64,000 nucleotides of DNA, from positions 96,001 through 160,000 of the forward strand of contig OZ243972.1 of NCBI GenBank assembly GCA_965214705.1. Direction: 5' to 3'. Within the stretch, counting starts at the first letter, position 1. Every line of letters starts with the position of its first letter. The translations under genes were made by a program, and so were the position numbers. The DNA is from Alphaproteobacteria bacterium. GTDB lineage: Bacteria; Pseudomonadota; Alphaproteobacteria; UBA828. The notes below the pieces were generated by a model that saw only the letters and a program-made list of their open reading frames with translations, did not search any database and had not been told where the DNA came from. This document shows positions 50,475 through 63,967 of this stretch, in pieces.

Positions 50475-51773
50475 GTGGCCTTGGGCGTCATCCTCGCCGC
50501 GCCGGCGTCGGGCAGCGGCAAGACCGTGCTGTGCGCGGGCCTCCTGGCGCAGTTTCGCGAAAGCGGCCGCGCCGTCCGCGCCTTCAAGGCAGGCCCTGAC
50601 TACATCGACCCCGGCTATCACCGGCTCGCCACTGGCCGCGACTGCGTCAATCTCGACCCCTGGGGGATGCGGCCCGAGACGCTGGCGCGCCGGCTGGCGG
50701 CGCTCTGCGCGGGCGCCGACCTGGTGATCGGCGAGGGCGCGATGGGCCTCTTCGACGGTGCCCGCGACGGCACCGGCTCCACCGCCGATCTCGCGGCCAG
50801 GCTGGGCCTGCCCGTGGTGCTTGTGGTGGACGCCCGCGGCCAAGGCGCCTCGGTGGCGGCGCTCGCGGAAGGCTTCGCGGGTCACCGCGCGGACGTGACG
50901 GTCTCCGGCGTCATCCTCAACCGGGTGGCGAGTGCGGCGCACGAGCGGTTGCTGCGGGATGCCCTCGACGCCCGCTCGGTCGCGGTGCTTGGCGCCGTGC
51001 CGCGAGACGAGGCACTGAGCCTGCCCTCGCGTCACCTCGGCCTTGTGCAGGCCTGCGAAAGCGAGAGGTCGTGGGTGGAGGACGCCACCGCGGTCGTCGC
51101 GCGCGCGGTGGATACCGAGGCACTTGCGGCCCTTGCCCGTCCGCTTCAGGCCACTCCAACGCAGCCGGGTGCGGCGATCCCGCCCTTGGGCCAACGGATT
51201 GCGGTGGCCAGCGATGCGGCGTTCGGCTTTTGCTACGACGCGCTGCTGGAGGATTGGCAAGCGGCCGGCGCGGCGGTCCTGCCATTCTCGCCGCTGGCGG
51301 ACGAGGCGCCCGATCCAGACGCCGACGCGGTCTACTTGCCGGGCGGCTATCCTGAGCTTCACGCTGGGCGCATTGCCGGTGCAGCGCGCTGTCTCGACGG
51401 GATACGGGTTGCGGCGGCGCGCGGCGCCGCTGTGTTTGGCGAATGCGGGGGCTACATGGTGCTGGGCCGGGGCCTGATCGACGCCGACGGCCGGCGCCAC
51501 GCCATGGCCGGCCTGCTGCCGCTGGAGACCAGCTTTCGCGAGCGCCGCCTTTCGCTCGGCTACCGCCACGCGCGCCTGACCGCCGCAGGCCCTCTCGGCG
51601 CGGCGGGGACCGGCTTTCGGGGTCACGAGTTCCACTATTGCAGCGTGGTCTCCGAAGAGGCGGACCGGCCGCTATTCGAGGCTCGCGATGCGGTCGGCGC
51701 GCAGCTCGGCCACGCCGGCATGAGCGTGGGAACGGTCTCCGGCTCCTTCATCCACCTGATCGATCGCGCTTGA
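50475..51773 (+). CDS. cobB: Cobyrinate/hydrogenobyrinate a,c-diamide synthase
   Basis: SGSGKT, KAGPDYIDP, SRHLGLV, ECGGYM and GHEFHY motifs. Confidence 0.94.
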   Translation: MALGVILAAPASGSGKTVLCAGLLAQFRESGRAVRAFKAGPDYIDPGYHRLATGRDCVNLDPWGMRPETLARRLAALCAGADLVIGEGAMGLFDGARDGTGSTADLAARLGLPVVLVVDARGQGASVAALAEGFAGHRADVTVSGVILNRVASAAHERLLRDALDARSVAVLGAVPRDEALSLPSRHLGLVQACESERSWVEDATAVVARAVDTEALAALARPLQATPTQPGAAIPPLGQRIAVASDAAFGFCYDALLEDWQAAGAAVLPFSPLADEAPDPDADAVYLPGGYPELHAGRIAGAARCLDGIRVAAARGAAVFGECGGYMVLGRGLIDADGRRHAMAGLLPLETSFRERRLSLGYRHARLTAAGPLGAAGTGFRGHEFHYCSVVSEEADRPLFEARDAVGAQLGHAGMSVGTVSGSFIHLIDRA

Positions 51774-51780
51774 GCGCTCG

Positions 51781-51898
51781 GAGCGAGCCCGTCTGTGACG
51801 GGCTCGCGACAGGCCGCGACCGCGGCCCGCCGCGAATGCGGCGCCATCGCGCGACTGCGCGCGTGGACGCGCGACGGCCGGCTGCCGTGAGCGAAAAA
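51781..51898. repeat. Multi-hairpin intergenic repeat, family B copy 2
   Basis: Aligns with 10791-10926 with compensatory stem changes. Confidence 0.85.
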
Positions 51899-51902
51899 AG
51901 GG

Positions 51903-53870
51903 CTACCGCAGCGCGTCTGTCATAAACGTGCGCCAGATTTCGGCCGGATAGCTGCCGCCGGTCACCTCGTCCATCGGGCTGCCGTCGTCGTTGCCGAGCC
52001 AGACGCCGGTCGTGAGCCCTTTGGCCCAGCCAACGAACCAGGCATCGCGGAACTTCTGGCTGGTCCCGGTCTTGCCATGGGCCGCCCCTAGACCTTGAGG
52101 CAGCCGGGCGGCGCGGCCGGTGCCCTCGGCCACGGCAGCGCCGAGCAGGTCGCGCATCGCGGCCACCGCCGGCCTCTCCGCCGCCCTGCCGGCACCCGAA
52201 CCTGCCCGGCTGTAGAGCACGTCGCCGGCGCGGTTGCGGATCTCCGCGATACCGTGGGGCAGCACCCGCGCACCGCCGTTGGCGAGCGCCACGTAGGCCG
52301 AGCTCAGCTCCAGCAGCGTCACCTCGCCGGTGCCGAGCGCGATGCTCGCATCGGCGGGGAGCGTGCTCTCGATGCCGAGCCTGCGCGCGGTCTCCCGGAT
52401 ACGCTTCACACCTGCCTTCAAGCCGACCCTCACCGCTACCGTGTTGATCGAGCGTGCAAAACCCTCCCGCACCGTCACCGGGCCCTGGTATTGGTCGTCG
52501 TAGTTGCGGGGCGACCAGCCGCCGACGGTGATGGGCGCGTCCTCGACCCGGTCGTCGGGCGCGAGCCCCGCCTCGATTCCTGCGAGATAGACCACCGTCT
52601 TGAAGGCCGAGCCCGGCTGGCGGTGCGCTTGCGTCGCCCGGTTGAACACGCTCTTCGCGTGGTCGCGCCCGCCCACCATGGCACGCACGGCGCCGGACTC
52701 GTCCAGTGCGACCAGGGCGCCCTGCCCGATCTTCCGGCTCTTGCCGGCGGCAGCCAGCGTCTCGGCGAGCGCGGCCTGTGCCGCCCGCTGGCGCGCGGGA
52801 TCGAGGGTCGTGAACACCCGGAGCGCCCCGTGGTCGCGCCCGACATAACCCGGCACCTGCTCGCGCACCCAATCGACGAAGTAGCCGGCGGATGAGCCGC
52901 TACGCGGGGTCACGGCGAGGGCCTTCACGCGCGCGCGCGCCGCTTCGCCGTCGTTCTCGCTGAGAAGGTCGGCGTCCACCATCGCATCGACGACGATGCC
53001 CGCACGCCTGCGCGCCAGCGCGAGGTCGTTGGCAGGGCTGAAGCGCGAGGGAGCCTTCAGCAGACCCGCGATCATGGCGGCCTGGGCCACGTCGACATCG
53101 CGGGCCGAACGGCCGAAATAGCGCCTGGCCGCCGCATCGACGCCGTAGGCGCCGGCGCCGAAATAGGCGCGATTGAGGTAGATCGTGAGAATTTCTTCTT
53201 TGGTGAACTCGCGTTCCAGCCAGAAGGCCAGCATCGCCTCCTGAATCTTGCGCCTGACGGTGCGTTCGGGCGAGAGGAACACCAGCTTCGCCACCTGTTG
53301 AGAGATCGTGCTGCCGCCAGCCACCACGCGGCCCTCTACCGCGTTCTGCCAGGCCGCGCGGATCACGCCGAAGGCGTCGATGCCGCCGTGGGTGTAGAAG
53401 CGGCGGTCCTCGATCGCGAGAACCGCCTGGGGCAGCACCGGCGCCATCTCCTGGACCGGCACCAGCTCGCCCCACATCTCGCCCACGGTGGCAATCTCGG
53501 AGCCGTCCGCCGCCAGCACCGTGATCGAGAGCGGAGTCTCGGGCCCCGTGAGGTGCTCGGTATCCGGCAGGTCGTGAGCGTAGTAGCCGACGAAGACCGC
53601 ACCAAGCACCACCAGCCAGAGGACGAAGACGGCGCTCCACTTGGCGATGCGCCAGCCAAGCCGCCGGCGCGGGGGCTTAGCCGGCCGGCGGGCTTTCGTG
53701 CCGCCCGATTTCGGTTTCTTAGGCGCCGCCCTGGGCGTTTTCGGCGCGGCCTTCGGCTTTTTGGGAGCCGCCTTGTCCTTGGCGCCGCTGGGCTTGGCGC
53801 GGGCCTGCGGGGGCTTCTTTGCCGGCTTGCGAGGCCGCTTCGGCGGCGGTGTGCGGCGGCGTGACGCCAT
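51903..53870 (-). CDS. Class A penicillin-binding protein (PBP1A family)
   Basis: EDRRFYTHGG, GSTISQQ, RKIQE, QPGSAFK, SIN and KTG motifs. Confidence 0.92.
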   Translation of the reverse strand: MASRRRTPPPKRPRKPAKKPPQARAKPSGAKDKAAPKKPKAAPKTPRAAPKKPKSGGTKARRPAKPPRRRLGWRIAKWSAVFVLWLVVLGAVFVGYYAHDLPDTEHLTGPETPLSITVLAADGSEIATVGEMWGELVPVQEMAPVLPQAVLAIEDRRFYTHGGIDAFGVIRAAWQNAVEGRVVAGGSTISQQVAKLVFLSPERTVRRKIQEAMLAFWLEREFTKEEILTIYLNRAYFGAGAYGVDAAARRYFGRSARDVDVAQAAMIAGLLKAPSRFSPANDLALARRRAGIVVDAMVDADLLSENDGEAARARVKALAVTPRSGSSAGYFVDWVREQVPGYVGRDHGALRVFTTLDPARQRAAQAALAETLAAAGKSRKIGQGALVALDESGAVRAMVGGRDHAKSVFNRATQAHRQPGSAFKTVVYLAGIEAGLAPDDRVEDAPITVGGWSPRNYDDQYQGPVTVREGFARSINTVAVRVGLKAGVKRIRETARRLGIESTLPADASIALGTGEVTLLELSSAYVALANGGARVLPHGIAEIRNRAGDVLYSRAGSGAGRAAERPAVAAMRDLLGAAVAEGTGRAARLPQGLGAAHGKTGTSQKFRDAWFVGWAKGLTTGVWLGNDDGSPMDEVTGGSYPAEIWRTFMTDALR

Positions 53871-53891
53871 CAGCCGGCAGGTAGCGGAGAG

Positions 53892-57538
<3,647 letters not shown>

Positions 57539-57541
57539 TTA

Positions 57542-57807
57542 GCCCGGCTTTCTCACCAAGGTCATGGTCTGCGCGGCACTGTCCGGCCGACAGGGCAGGA
57601 AAGGCGCGCAGCGCGATGCAGGGACATCGGGCGAGCGACTTGACGAACCCTGTCGCCCGGAGAGCGCCGCCCTTCGGGTCGCGCCCAGGCGCCCGCCCGC
57701 AGCGTCGCGGGCCTCAACCGTATTCCCCGATACGCTTTTCGGCCCGCTTCTTGCGGATCGAACACCTGGGAGCGACGCAGGCCGTGACATTGGTGAGAAA
57801 TCCGGGC
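57542..57807. mobile_element. 266-bp non-coding MITE with 32-bp terminal inverted repeats and TA target duplication
   Basis: Left end GCCCGGCTTTCTCACCAAGGTCATGGTCTGCG versus right-end reverse complement GCCCGGATTTCTCACCAATGTCACGGCCTGCG (28/32). TA at 57540-41 and 57808-09. Confidence 0.85.
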
Positions 57808-58934
57808 TAGACGCGGAGCGGCATGATGACGTGGAGCGAGCCGGAATCGCCGGTGTCCCGTACCAGTGACGGCGAGCCGGCATCGCCGAAGAAGAATCGA
57901 ATCGAATCGCTGTCGATCTGACTGGCGACGTCCAGCACGTAGCGCGCGTTGAGGCCGATATCGAGCGGCTCGGCGCCATAGTCGGCGTCGAGCTCCTCGG
58001 TCGCGGTTCCCGTGTCGGGACTGTTGGCCGAGAGCGTCACCGCGCCCGAGCGGATGGAGAGCTTGATGGCGTGGGAGCGGTCCGTGGAGATCGAGGAGAC
58101 CCGGTCCACGGCCTCGGCGAAGCTGCCGCTGGCTACCGTCATCACGTTCTGGTTGCCGCGCGGAATTACTCGCTCGTAGTCTGGGAACGAGCCGTCGATC
58201 AGCTTGGAGGTGAGCTGGGCCGCGCCGGCCTCGAAGCGGATCCTGGTCTCGGAGAGCGCGATCGACACCGGCTCGTCGCCGTCGTCGATCAGCTTGCGCA
58301 CTTCGGCCACGGTCTTGCGCGGCACGATCACGGCCGGCAGGTCCGCCGCCCCCTCGGGCAGCGCCACGTCGGCGCAGGAGAGCCGGTGGCCGTCGGTGGC
58401 GACGGCGCGCAGACGCGCGATACCCTCCTGGTCCTCGGCCTTATGAAGGTGGATGCCGTTGAGATAGTAGCGGGTTTCCTCGGTCGAGATGGCAAAGCGG
58501 GTCTTGTCGATCAGGCGCCGCAAGTGATCCGGCGGCAGCTCGAAGGAATACGGCAGATCGTCGTCGGCCATCACCGGAAACTCGGCGATGGGCAGGCACG
58601 AGAGACGGAAGCGCGAGCGCCCCGAGACCACGTCGAGCTGCCCGCCGTCGCTCCCGTCGAGAGTCATCGAGACCTGCGCACCGTCCGGCAGCTTGCGGAC
58701 GATGTCGTAGAGGGTGAGCGCGGTCGTGGTCACGGCGCCTTCCAGCTCGACGGCGGCCTCGGCCTCGTCGACGACGGCAAGGTCCATGTCGGTCGCGGTG
58801 AGCCGCAGGCGGTCGCCTCCCTGCGCATCGATGCGCACATTGGCAAGAATCGGGATCGTGTTGCGCCGCTCGACGACGCTTTGCACGTGCGCCAAGGAGC
58901 TCAGAAGCGTGGAGCGTTCGATCGTGAGTTTCAT
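57807..58934 (-). CDS. dnaN: DNA polymerase III beta clamp
   Basis: VERRNTIPIL, ETRYYLNG, ATDGHRL, FPDY and VIMPLRV motifs. Confidence 0.97.
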   Translation of the reverse strand: MKLTIERSTLLSSLAHVQSVVERRNTIPILANVRIDAQGGDRLRLTATDMDLAVVDEAEAAVELEGAVTTTALTLYDIVRKLPDGAQVSMTLDGSDGGQLDVVSGRSRFRLSCLPIAEFPVMADDDLPYSFELPPDHLRRLIDKTRFAISTEETRYYLNGIHLHKAEDQEGIARLRAVATDGHRLSCADVALPEGAADLPAVIVPRKTVAEVRKLIDDGDEPVSIALSETRIRFEAGAAQLTSKLIDGSFPDYERVIPRGNQNVMTVASGSFAEAVDRVSSISTDRSHAIKLSIRSGAVTLSANSPDTGTATEELDADYGAEPLDIGLNARYVLDVASQIDSDSIRFFFGDAGSPSLVRDTGDSGSLHVIMPLRV

Positions 58935-58973
58935 GCTCGCGGGAGGCCCTGAATCGTCGCCGAATCAGGGCGT

Positions 58974-58979
58974 ATTATA
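58974..58979 (-). promoter_or_regulatory. Putative -10 element of an internal dnaN promoter
   Basis: TATAAT on the minus strand 40 bp upstream of dnaN; no clear -35. Confidence 0.4.
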
Positions 58980-59076
58980 GCGGAGAAGTGGCGGATATCG
59001 CAGCCTTACCGGCGAATTATCGGCACGCGGGCGTTGTGCGCCAGCCCTTGCCGCGCACTCTCCCACGTATTCGCTG

Positions 59077-60489
59077 TCAGTCGGTCGGGTCTTCGAGGCT
59101 TCGCCGGAGGTGCTCCACGTCTTCGTCGAGGGCGGGGTCCTTGGGCCGCAGGTCCTCGATGCGGCGAATCGCGTAGAGAACCGTGGTGTGGTCGCGCTTG
59201 CCGAACTTGCGGCCGATCTCCGGCAGCGAGCGGGACGTAAGCTGCTTGGCAAGATACATCGCCACGTGGCGCGGCCTCACCACCGCCTGCGAGCGTCGGT
59301 TGGAGGAGAGCTCCGCCGGCTTGATGTTGTAGTGCGCGGCGACCCTGAGCTGGATATCCTCGATGGTGATCTTCTGCTCCTTCGCAACGAGTACGTCCCG
59401 CAGCACCCACTGGGTCGTCGGCAGCGTAATCGCACCGCCGAGCAGCGCGGCATGAGCGGCAATGCTGTGGAGCGCCATCTCCAGCTCGCGCGCGTTGGAG
59501 GTGATGTTCCGGGCCAGGAACTCCATCACCTCGCGCGGCGCGTCGGCAATGCCCAGCGGTCTTGCCTTTTCCCGCAGGATGCCGAGGCGGAGCTCGTAAT
59601 TGGCCGGCAGGATGTCGACCGCAAGGCCGCCTGCCAGACGGGACTTGAGCCGCTCCTCCATCCCGTCTAGCCGGGAGGGCGCGCGGTCGGCGGAGACCAC
59701 CACCTGGCAGCGATGGTCGAGCAACGCGTTGAGCGTGTGGAGAAATTCCTCTTGCGTACTGTCCTTGTCGCAAATGAACTGGATGTCGTCGATCAACAGC
59801 ATGTCGGCGGAACGCAGCCGCTCCTTGAACGCCACCGTGTCTTTCTGCCGGATTGCCTGAATGAACCGATACATGAACCGTTCAGCGGAGAGGTAGAGGA
59901 CGCGCCGGGACGGCTCGCGGCCGCGAATGCACCACGCAATGGCATGCAGAAGGTGGGTCTTGCCGTGCCCGACACCGCCATAAAGGTAGAGCGGGTTGAA
60001 CGGAAGATGGTCGATGCCGGCGACCTGCTGCGCGGCGGCATGGGCGAGTTCGTTGCTTTCGCCGACCACGAATTCTCGGAAGGTGAGGCGGTTGTTGAGC
60101 GGCGAGCCGAGGCCATCCAGCCGTTCGTCGTGCGCGCGCAGGCCCAGAGCGCCGTCGCGTCGCGCCTGCGGCCGCTCGCCTGCGGTGCGCGGCTTGCCGT
60201 CCGCATCCGGCGGCAGGCCATCATGAATGACGATGCGGGTGTCCTGGATGCCTGGGCGATGATCGGCCCAAAGCGCCGCGATGCGATCCGCATAGTGCGA
60301 TTCGATCCAGTCGCGCAGGAACCGCGTGGCAACGCCGAGGGTGACTTCCTCGCCGTCAACGTCGACCAAGGTGAGTGGCGCCAGCCAGCTCGCGAAGGTG
60401 GCCTCGCCCAATTCTGCGCGCAGCCTTGCCTGGATCCGGTCCCAGGCGTCATGTGCGTCTCGGGCCGGCGAGGGAGAGCAGTCGTTCAT
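59077..60489 (-). CDS. dnaA: Chromosomal replication initiator
   Basis: [28 protein letters not shown] and RDHTTV motifs. Confidence 0.96.
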   Translation of the reverse strand: MNDCSPSPARDAHDAWDRIQARLRAELGEATFASWLAPLTLVDVDGEEVTLGVATRFLRDWIESHYADRIAALWADHRPGIQDTRIVIHDGLPPDADGKPRTAGERPQARRDGALGLRAHDERLDGLGSPLNNRLTFREFVVGESNELAHAAAQQVAGIDHLPFNPLYLYGGVGHGKTHLLHAIAWCIRGREPSRRVLYLSAERFMYRFIQAIRQKDTVAFKERLRSADMLLIDDIQFICDKDSTQEEFLHTLNALLDHRCQVVVSADRAPSRLDGMEERLKSRLAGGLAVDILPANYELRLGILREKARPLGIADAPREVMEFLARNITSNARELEMALHSIAAHAALLGGAITLPTTQWVLRDVLVAKEQKITIEDIQLRVAAHYNIKPAELSSNRRSQAVVRPRHVAMYLAKQLTSRSLPEIGRKFGKRDHTTVLYAIRRIEDLRPKDPALDEDVEHLRRSLEDPTD

Positions 60490-60506
60490 GGCCGGTTCTC
60501 CCTCAG

Positions 60507-62448
60507 CCCATCTTTGCCACTTTTCGGTCCCGAAGGCCTGATTTTGGGTAGCCTTTGGGATCTAAGGCACTGATTTTGTTGGATTGTGTTTTGGGAAGTC
60601 CATTGTAGTGCCATAATCTTTGGTCTGTGGGCCGGCGCTCCTTGACAGTCCGCAAACTGTCCGTGACCCTGCCGCCATGTTCATTCGCAAAACCCTCACC
60701 GGTCGCGGAGACGGTGGCGAGCGCTATGCCACCTACCGCCTCGTGCGCAGCGAACGCATCGGCGGAAGGGTGCGCCAGGTCACGCTCCTCAATCTCGGCG
60801 CCGACTTCGGTGTGCCCGAGGAGCAATGGCGCGAATTGGCGCTTCTGATCGAAACCCTTCTCGCCGGCAGCGAGCCGCTGCTGGAGCCGGATGCCGCCTT
60901 GCGCCCCGTCGCCGAGGACGTCGTACGGCGGCTTCACGCCCGCGATCTCGGCGCGTCGCGGCCCGGGGACGAGAGCGACCTGGCCACGGTCCGTCTCGAT
61001 AGCCTCTCCCACGAACAGGTCCGCTCGGTGGGCTGCGAGCGCCTGGCTCTCGCCGCGCTTGACGACCTTCGCTTCATCGAGACGCTGGAGAGGCTGGGCG
61101 CAAGTGAGCGCGACGCACGCATCGCGGCGGCACTGGTGGTCGCGCGCATGATCCATCCCTCCAGCGAGCGCGAGGCCTTCCGCTGGCTGAGCGCGAACAG
61201 CGCGACCCTGGAGTTGCTCGATGTCGACAGCGGCAAGTCGCTCACGCTCAGCAAGCTCTACCGCATCGGCGACCTCTTGTGGCGTCACCGCGCGGCGCTT
61301 GAAGAGGCGCTGTGCGCCCGGGAGCGCGATCTCTTCGGCATCCCCGACACCATCGTCTTCTTCGACCTGACCAACACCCATATGACCGGACGGCCCAGCT
61401 CCGCGCTGGCCCGCTTCGGGCGCTCGAAGCAGAGGCGTGACGATTGTCCGATCGTGACCCTGGCCCTGTCGCTGAACCAGGCCGGCTTTCCGCAGCACAG
61501 CGAGATCCTGCCCGGCAACATCTCCGAGCCGGCCACTCTCGCCGACGCCATCGGGCGGCTGGAATGCCAAGCGCGCGGCAGCAACGCCCCCAGGCCCACG
61601 GTCATCATGGACGCCGGCATCTCCACCGAGGCCAACCTCGCCTGGCTGCGGGCGGGCGGCTATCACTGGATCACCGTTCGCCGCGGCGTCTCGGCGCCGC
61701 CCGGGCGCGAAGCCGATGCCGCCTTCGAAACCCGGGCCGGCCACGATGCCCGCGCCTGGCGTCTCGCGGCAGGGGACGACGAAGCGCACCTGTGCGTCTG
61801 GAGCCATGAGCGCCAGCAGAAGGACGAGGCCGTGCTCGCCCGTCAGCGTCACAACTTCGAGGACGCCCTGCGCGCCCTGCATGGCGGGCTGTCGAAGAAG
61901 AACCACATCAAGCAGTTCACCAAGGTGATGGAGAAGCTGGGCCGGCTGAAGGAAAGGTACAGGCGCGTCCACCGTCAGTACGACATCGAGGTCGAGCCCG
62001 GAGAGAAGGGGCGGGCCAGTGCGGTCCGCTGGAGGCGCAACGCTCTCCATGCCGAGCGCGACCGCCAAGCGGGCATCTATGTGCTGCGCACCAGCCACGT
62101 CGAGTGGGATCTTGAAACCGTGGTCCGAACCTACTGGAAGCTCACAGAGCTCGAGGCCACCTTCCGCAGCCTGAAATCCGAAATCGGCCTGCGCCCGGTC
62201 TGGCACTCCAAGACCTCGCGCATCGCCGCCCACCTGTTCATCGCCGTCCTCGCCTACCACGCGGTTCATCTGCTGCGAACCCGTCTGGCGGCGCACGGCT
62301 TGCATGACCGCTGGAGTACGATCCGCGACAAGCTCGCGGGCTGGGTGCGTCTCACCTCCACCATCCGGGAGGTGGACGGAAACCGCATCGTCATCCGCCA
62401 GGATGCTCAACCCGACGCCGAGGCGCGCGCCAAAATGGCAAAGATGGG
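60507..62448 (+). mobile_element. IS1634-family insertion sequence (1942 bp)
   Basis: TIRs CCCATCTTTGCCAcTTT / AAAaTGGCAAAGATGGG; flanking direct repeat TCAG (60503-06 and 62449-52). Confidence 0.88.
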
Positions 62449-62536
62449 TCAGCAGGTGACGGAACCCCTGCCAACACGGCACGTCGCGACGGCAGGCGAT
62501 CTCGAAGCGGATATAGCTAACTTGCTATCGCTATGA
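60677..62536 (+). CDS. IS1634-family DDE transposase (ORF reads through the right TIR)
   Basis: VFFDLTN, FGRSKQRRDDCP, VIMDAG and LEATFRSLKSEIGLRPVWH motifs; ATG at 60677. Confidence 0.88.
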   Translation: MFIRKTLTGRGDGGERYATYRLVRSERIGGRVRQVTLLNLGADFGVPEEQWRELALLIETLLAGSEPLLEPDAALRPVAEDVVRRLHARDLGASRPGDESDLATVRLDSLSHEQVRSVGCERLALAALDDLRFIETLERLGASERDARIAAALVVARMIHPSSEREAFRWLSANSATLELLDVDSGKSLTLSKLYRIGDLLWRHRAALEEALCARERDLFGIPDTIVFFDLTNTHMTGRPSSALARFGRSKQRRDDCPIVTLALSLNQAGFPQHSEILPGNISEPATLADAIGRLECQARGSNAPRPTVIMDAGISTEANLAWLRAGGYHWITVRRGVSAPPGREADAAFETRAGHDARAWRLAAGDDEAHLCVWSHERQQKDEAVLARQRHNFEDALRALHGGLSKKNHIKQFTKVMEKLGRLKERYRRVHRQYDIEVEPGEKGRASAVRWRRNALHAERDRQAGIYVLRTSHVEWDLETVVRTYWKLTELEATFRSLKSEIGLRPVWHSKTSRIAAHLFIAVLAYHAVHLLRTRLAAHGLHDRWSTIRDKLAGWVRLTSTIREVDGNRIVIRQDAQPDAEARAKMAKMGQQVTEPLPTRHVATAGDLEADIANLLSL

Positions 62537-62964
62537 CATAAGCGATATGTTCTATTTTTAGACTTGTTTGACCCCATGTCTGTTCTTGCATTGCGTCGCG
62601 CCTCTCGGTGCGGCGGTGGGTCTCCCTTCCCGGACAGGCCATGCCTGCCTCGCCGTCGTTAACGTCAGTGATTTTTGCTTTACATACCGCCGGCGCCTCC
62701 TCCGGGCGGTATGTGACGCTTAGGCTAAAGCGCGGAATCGAGGCTTGCAACGGGTCCGAAAGCGGAACCGTCGCAAAATCTGCGCGTCACATTTCCGTCG
62801 CAATCTTGGCTATGAGAGTGAAGGCAGGGAGCCAATCGTTTGGCGGCATAACCGGAATTCGGACGGCATGTTTCGCGGCGTCGGCATGGCCGAACCAATG
62901 GACGGACGAGCGGTCCCGCCGAGAGCGAAAATGAGAGCCGCCGCTGCTGCGGCGCAGGCCGTCT

Positions 62965-63234
62965 CTAGCTGTCGGAGAGCGCGCCCACGCGGCGTGCGAG
63001 CAGGGAGACCCGGCGCGCCGCGGTCCGCCGATGCAGCACCGCCTTTTGCGCGCCGCGCATGATCTCCGGCTGGGCCGCGCGCAGCGCTTCCTCTGCCTGG
63101 CGCTTGTCGCCGCTCGCAATCGCTTCCTCCACCCGGCGGATGAAGGTGCGAATGCGTGAAATCCGGCCGCGGTTGACTGCGACGCGGCGCTTGTTTTGCC
63201 GAACCCGCTTGCGGGCCTGGCGCGAATGAGCCAT
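62965..63234 (-). CDS. rpsT: 30S ribosomal protein S20
   Basis: [33 protein letters not shown]; lies upstream of dnaA as usual in alphaproteobacteria. Confidence 0.95.
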   Translation of the reverse strand: MAHSRQARKRVRQNKRRVAVNRGRISRIRTFIRRVEEAIASGDKRQAEEALRAAQPEIMRGAQKAVLHRRTAARRVSLLARRVGALSDS

Positions 63235-63263
63235 GGCGAGGATCTCTCTTGTGGTCGGGCGGC

Positions 63264-63291
63264 CTTATACCACGCCGGCCGCCCCGGTCAA
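63264..63291 (-). promoter_or_regulatory. Sigma70 promoter of rpsT
   Basis: TTGACC-16 nt-TATAAG with an extended -10 TG. Confidence 0.6.
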
Positions 63292-63340
63292 CGGCACCAT
63301 CGCCCCGGCACCGGCCGTTCCCAGTAACAATAGGGGCGTA

Positions 63341-63967
63341 TCAGGCGACAGGTCGGCGGGACAGATCGAGCGGAGCCGCATCGCGTGGAGGAGCTAACTC
63401 GAAACCTGGTCGCGAGGGTTCCACAAACGTAACCGACTCGTAGAAATCGTCCAAAGGAACGAATACGCCGTTCTCCTCCGCCCATCTGCGCATTCGTTGA
63501 TTGGTGGCGTGAGCCCAGGACAGAATTTCTACTCGCCAGCCGCGGCGGTGCATCCGTTCCAACGCACTATGAAAGCCCGCGCCGTCGAGATAACCAGCGC
63601 CGTCTCCAGTGAGCAGCACAGCAACTCCCGGGTCACCGTTGAAGTCCAGAGCGTCTTCCAACATCCGCAACTGTAGCACGCGGTCCGGCATTTCCTGTTC
63701 CCCACGGCCGGGATCGCCGCGGTCGAACAAGAAAATTTCTACACCACTGGCCTCCATGCGATTCCATAGCTGACGCATCTCCGGGGGCACAGAGCCGGCT
63801 GCGAGCGCCCTCTGCATGGGGCGATCGGCATGTGCCAAGCGCAGCATATTCTCGAAATGGATTCGTACGCGGTAACGAGCCGCAGGCCCCAATTCGCGTT
63901 CTGCGGCCAAGCGCTGGGCTTCAAGAAAGATATTTGAGTTGTCCCAGTAAACGAAGACGCGATCCAT
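63341..63967 (-). CDS. NYN-domain (PIN-like) protein
   Basis: VFVYWDNSNIF, EQEMPD, LLTGDG and GWRVEILSW motifs; lower GC than the core genes. Confidence 0.8.
   Translation of the reverse strand: MDRVFVYWDNSNIFLEAQRLAAERELGPAARYRVRIHFENMLRLAHADRPMQRALAAGSVPPEMRQLWNRMEASGVEIFLFDRGDPGRGEQEMPDRVLQLRMLEDALDFNGDPGVAVLLTGDGAGYLDGAGFHSALERMHRRGWRVEILSWAHATNQRMRRWAEENGVFVPLDDFYESVTFVEPSRPGFELAPPRDAAPLDLSRRPVA

Noticed and set aside
53700-53830. Lys/Pro-rich repeats (PKKPKAA-like) at the PBP1A N-terminus
   Set aside because: An ordinary low-complexity cytoplasmic tail with codon-multiple periodicity.
58935-62964. oriC next to dnaA
   Set aside because: No TTATCCACA-type box cluster seen by eye; alphaproteobacterial origins are often not adjacent to dnaA.
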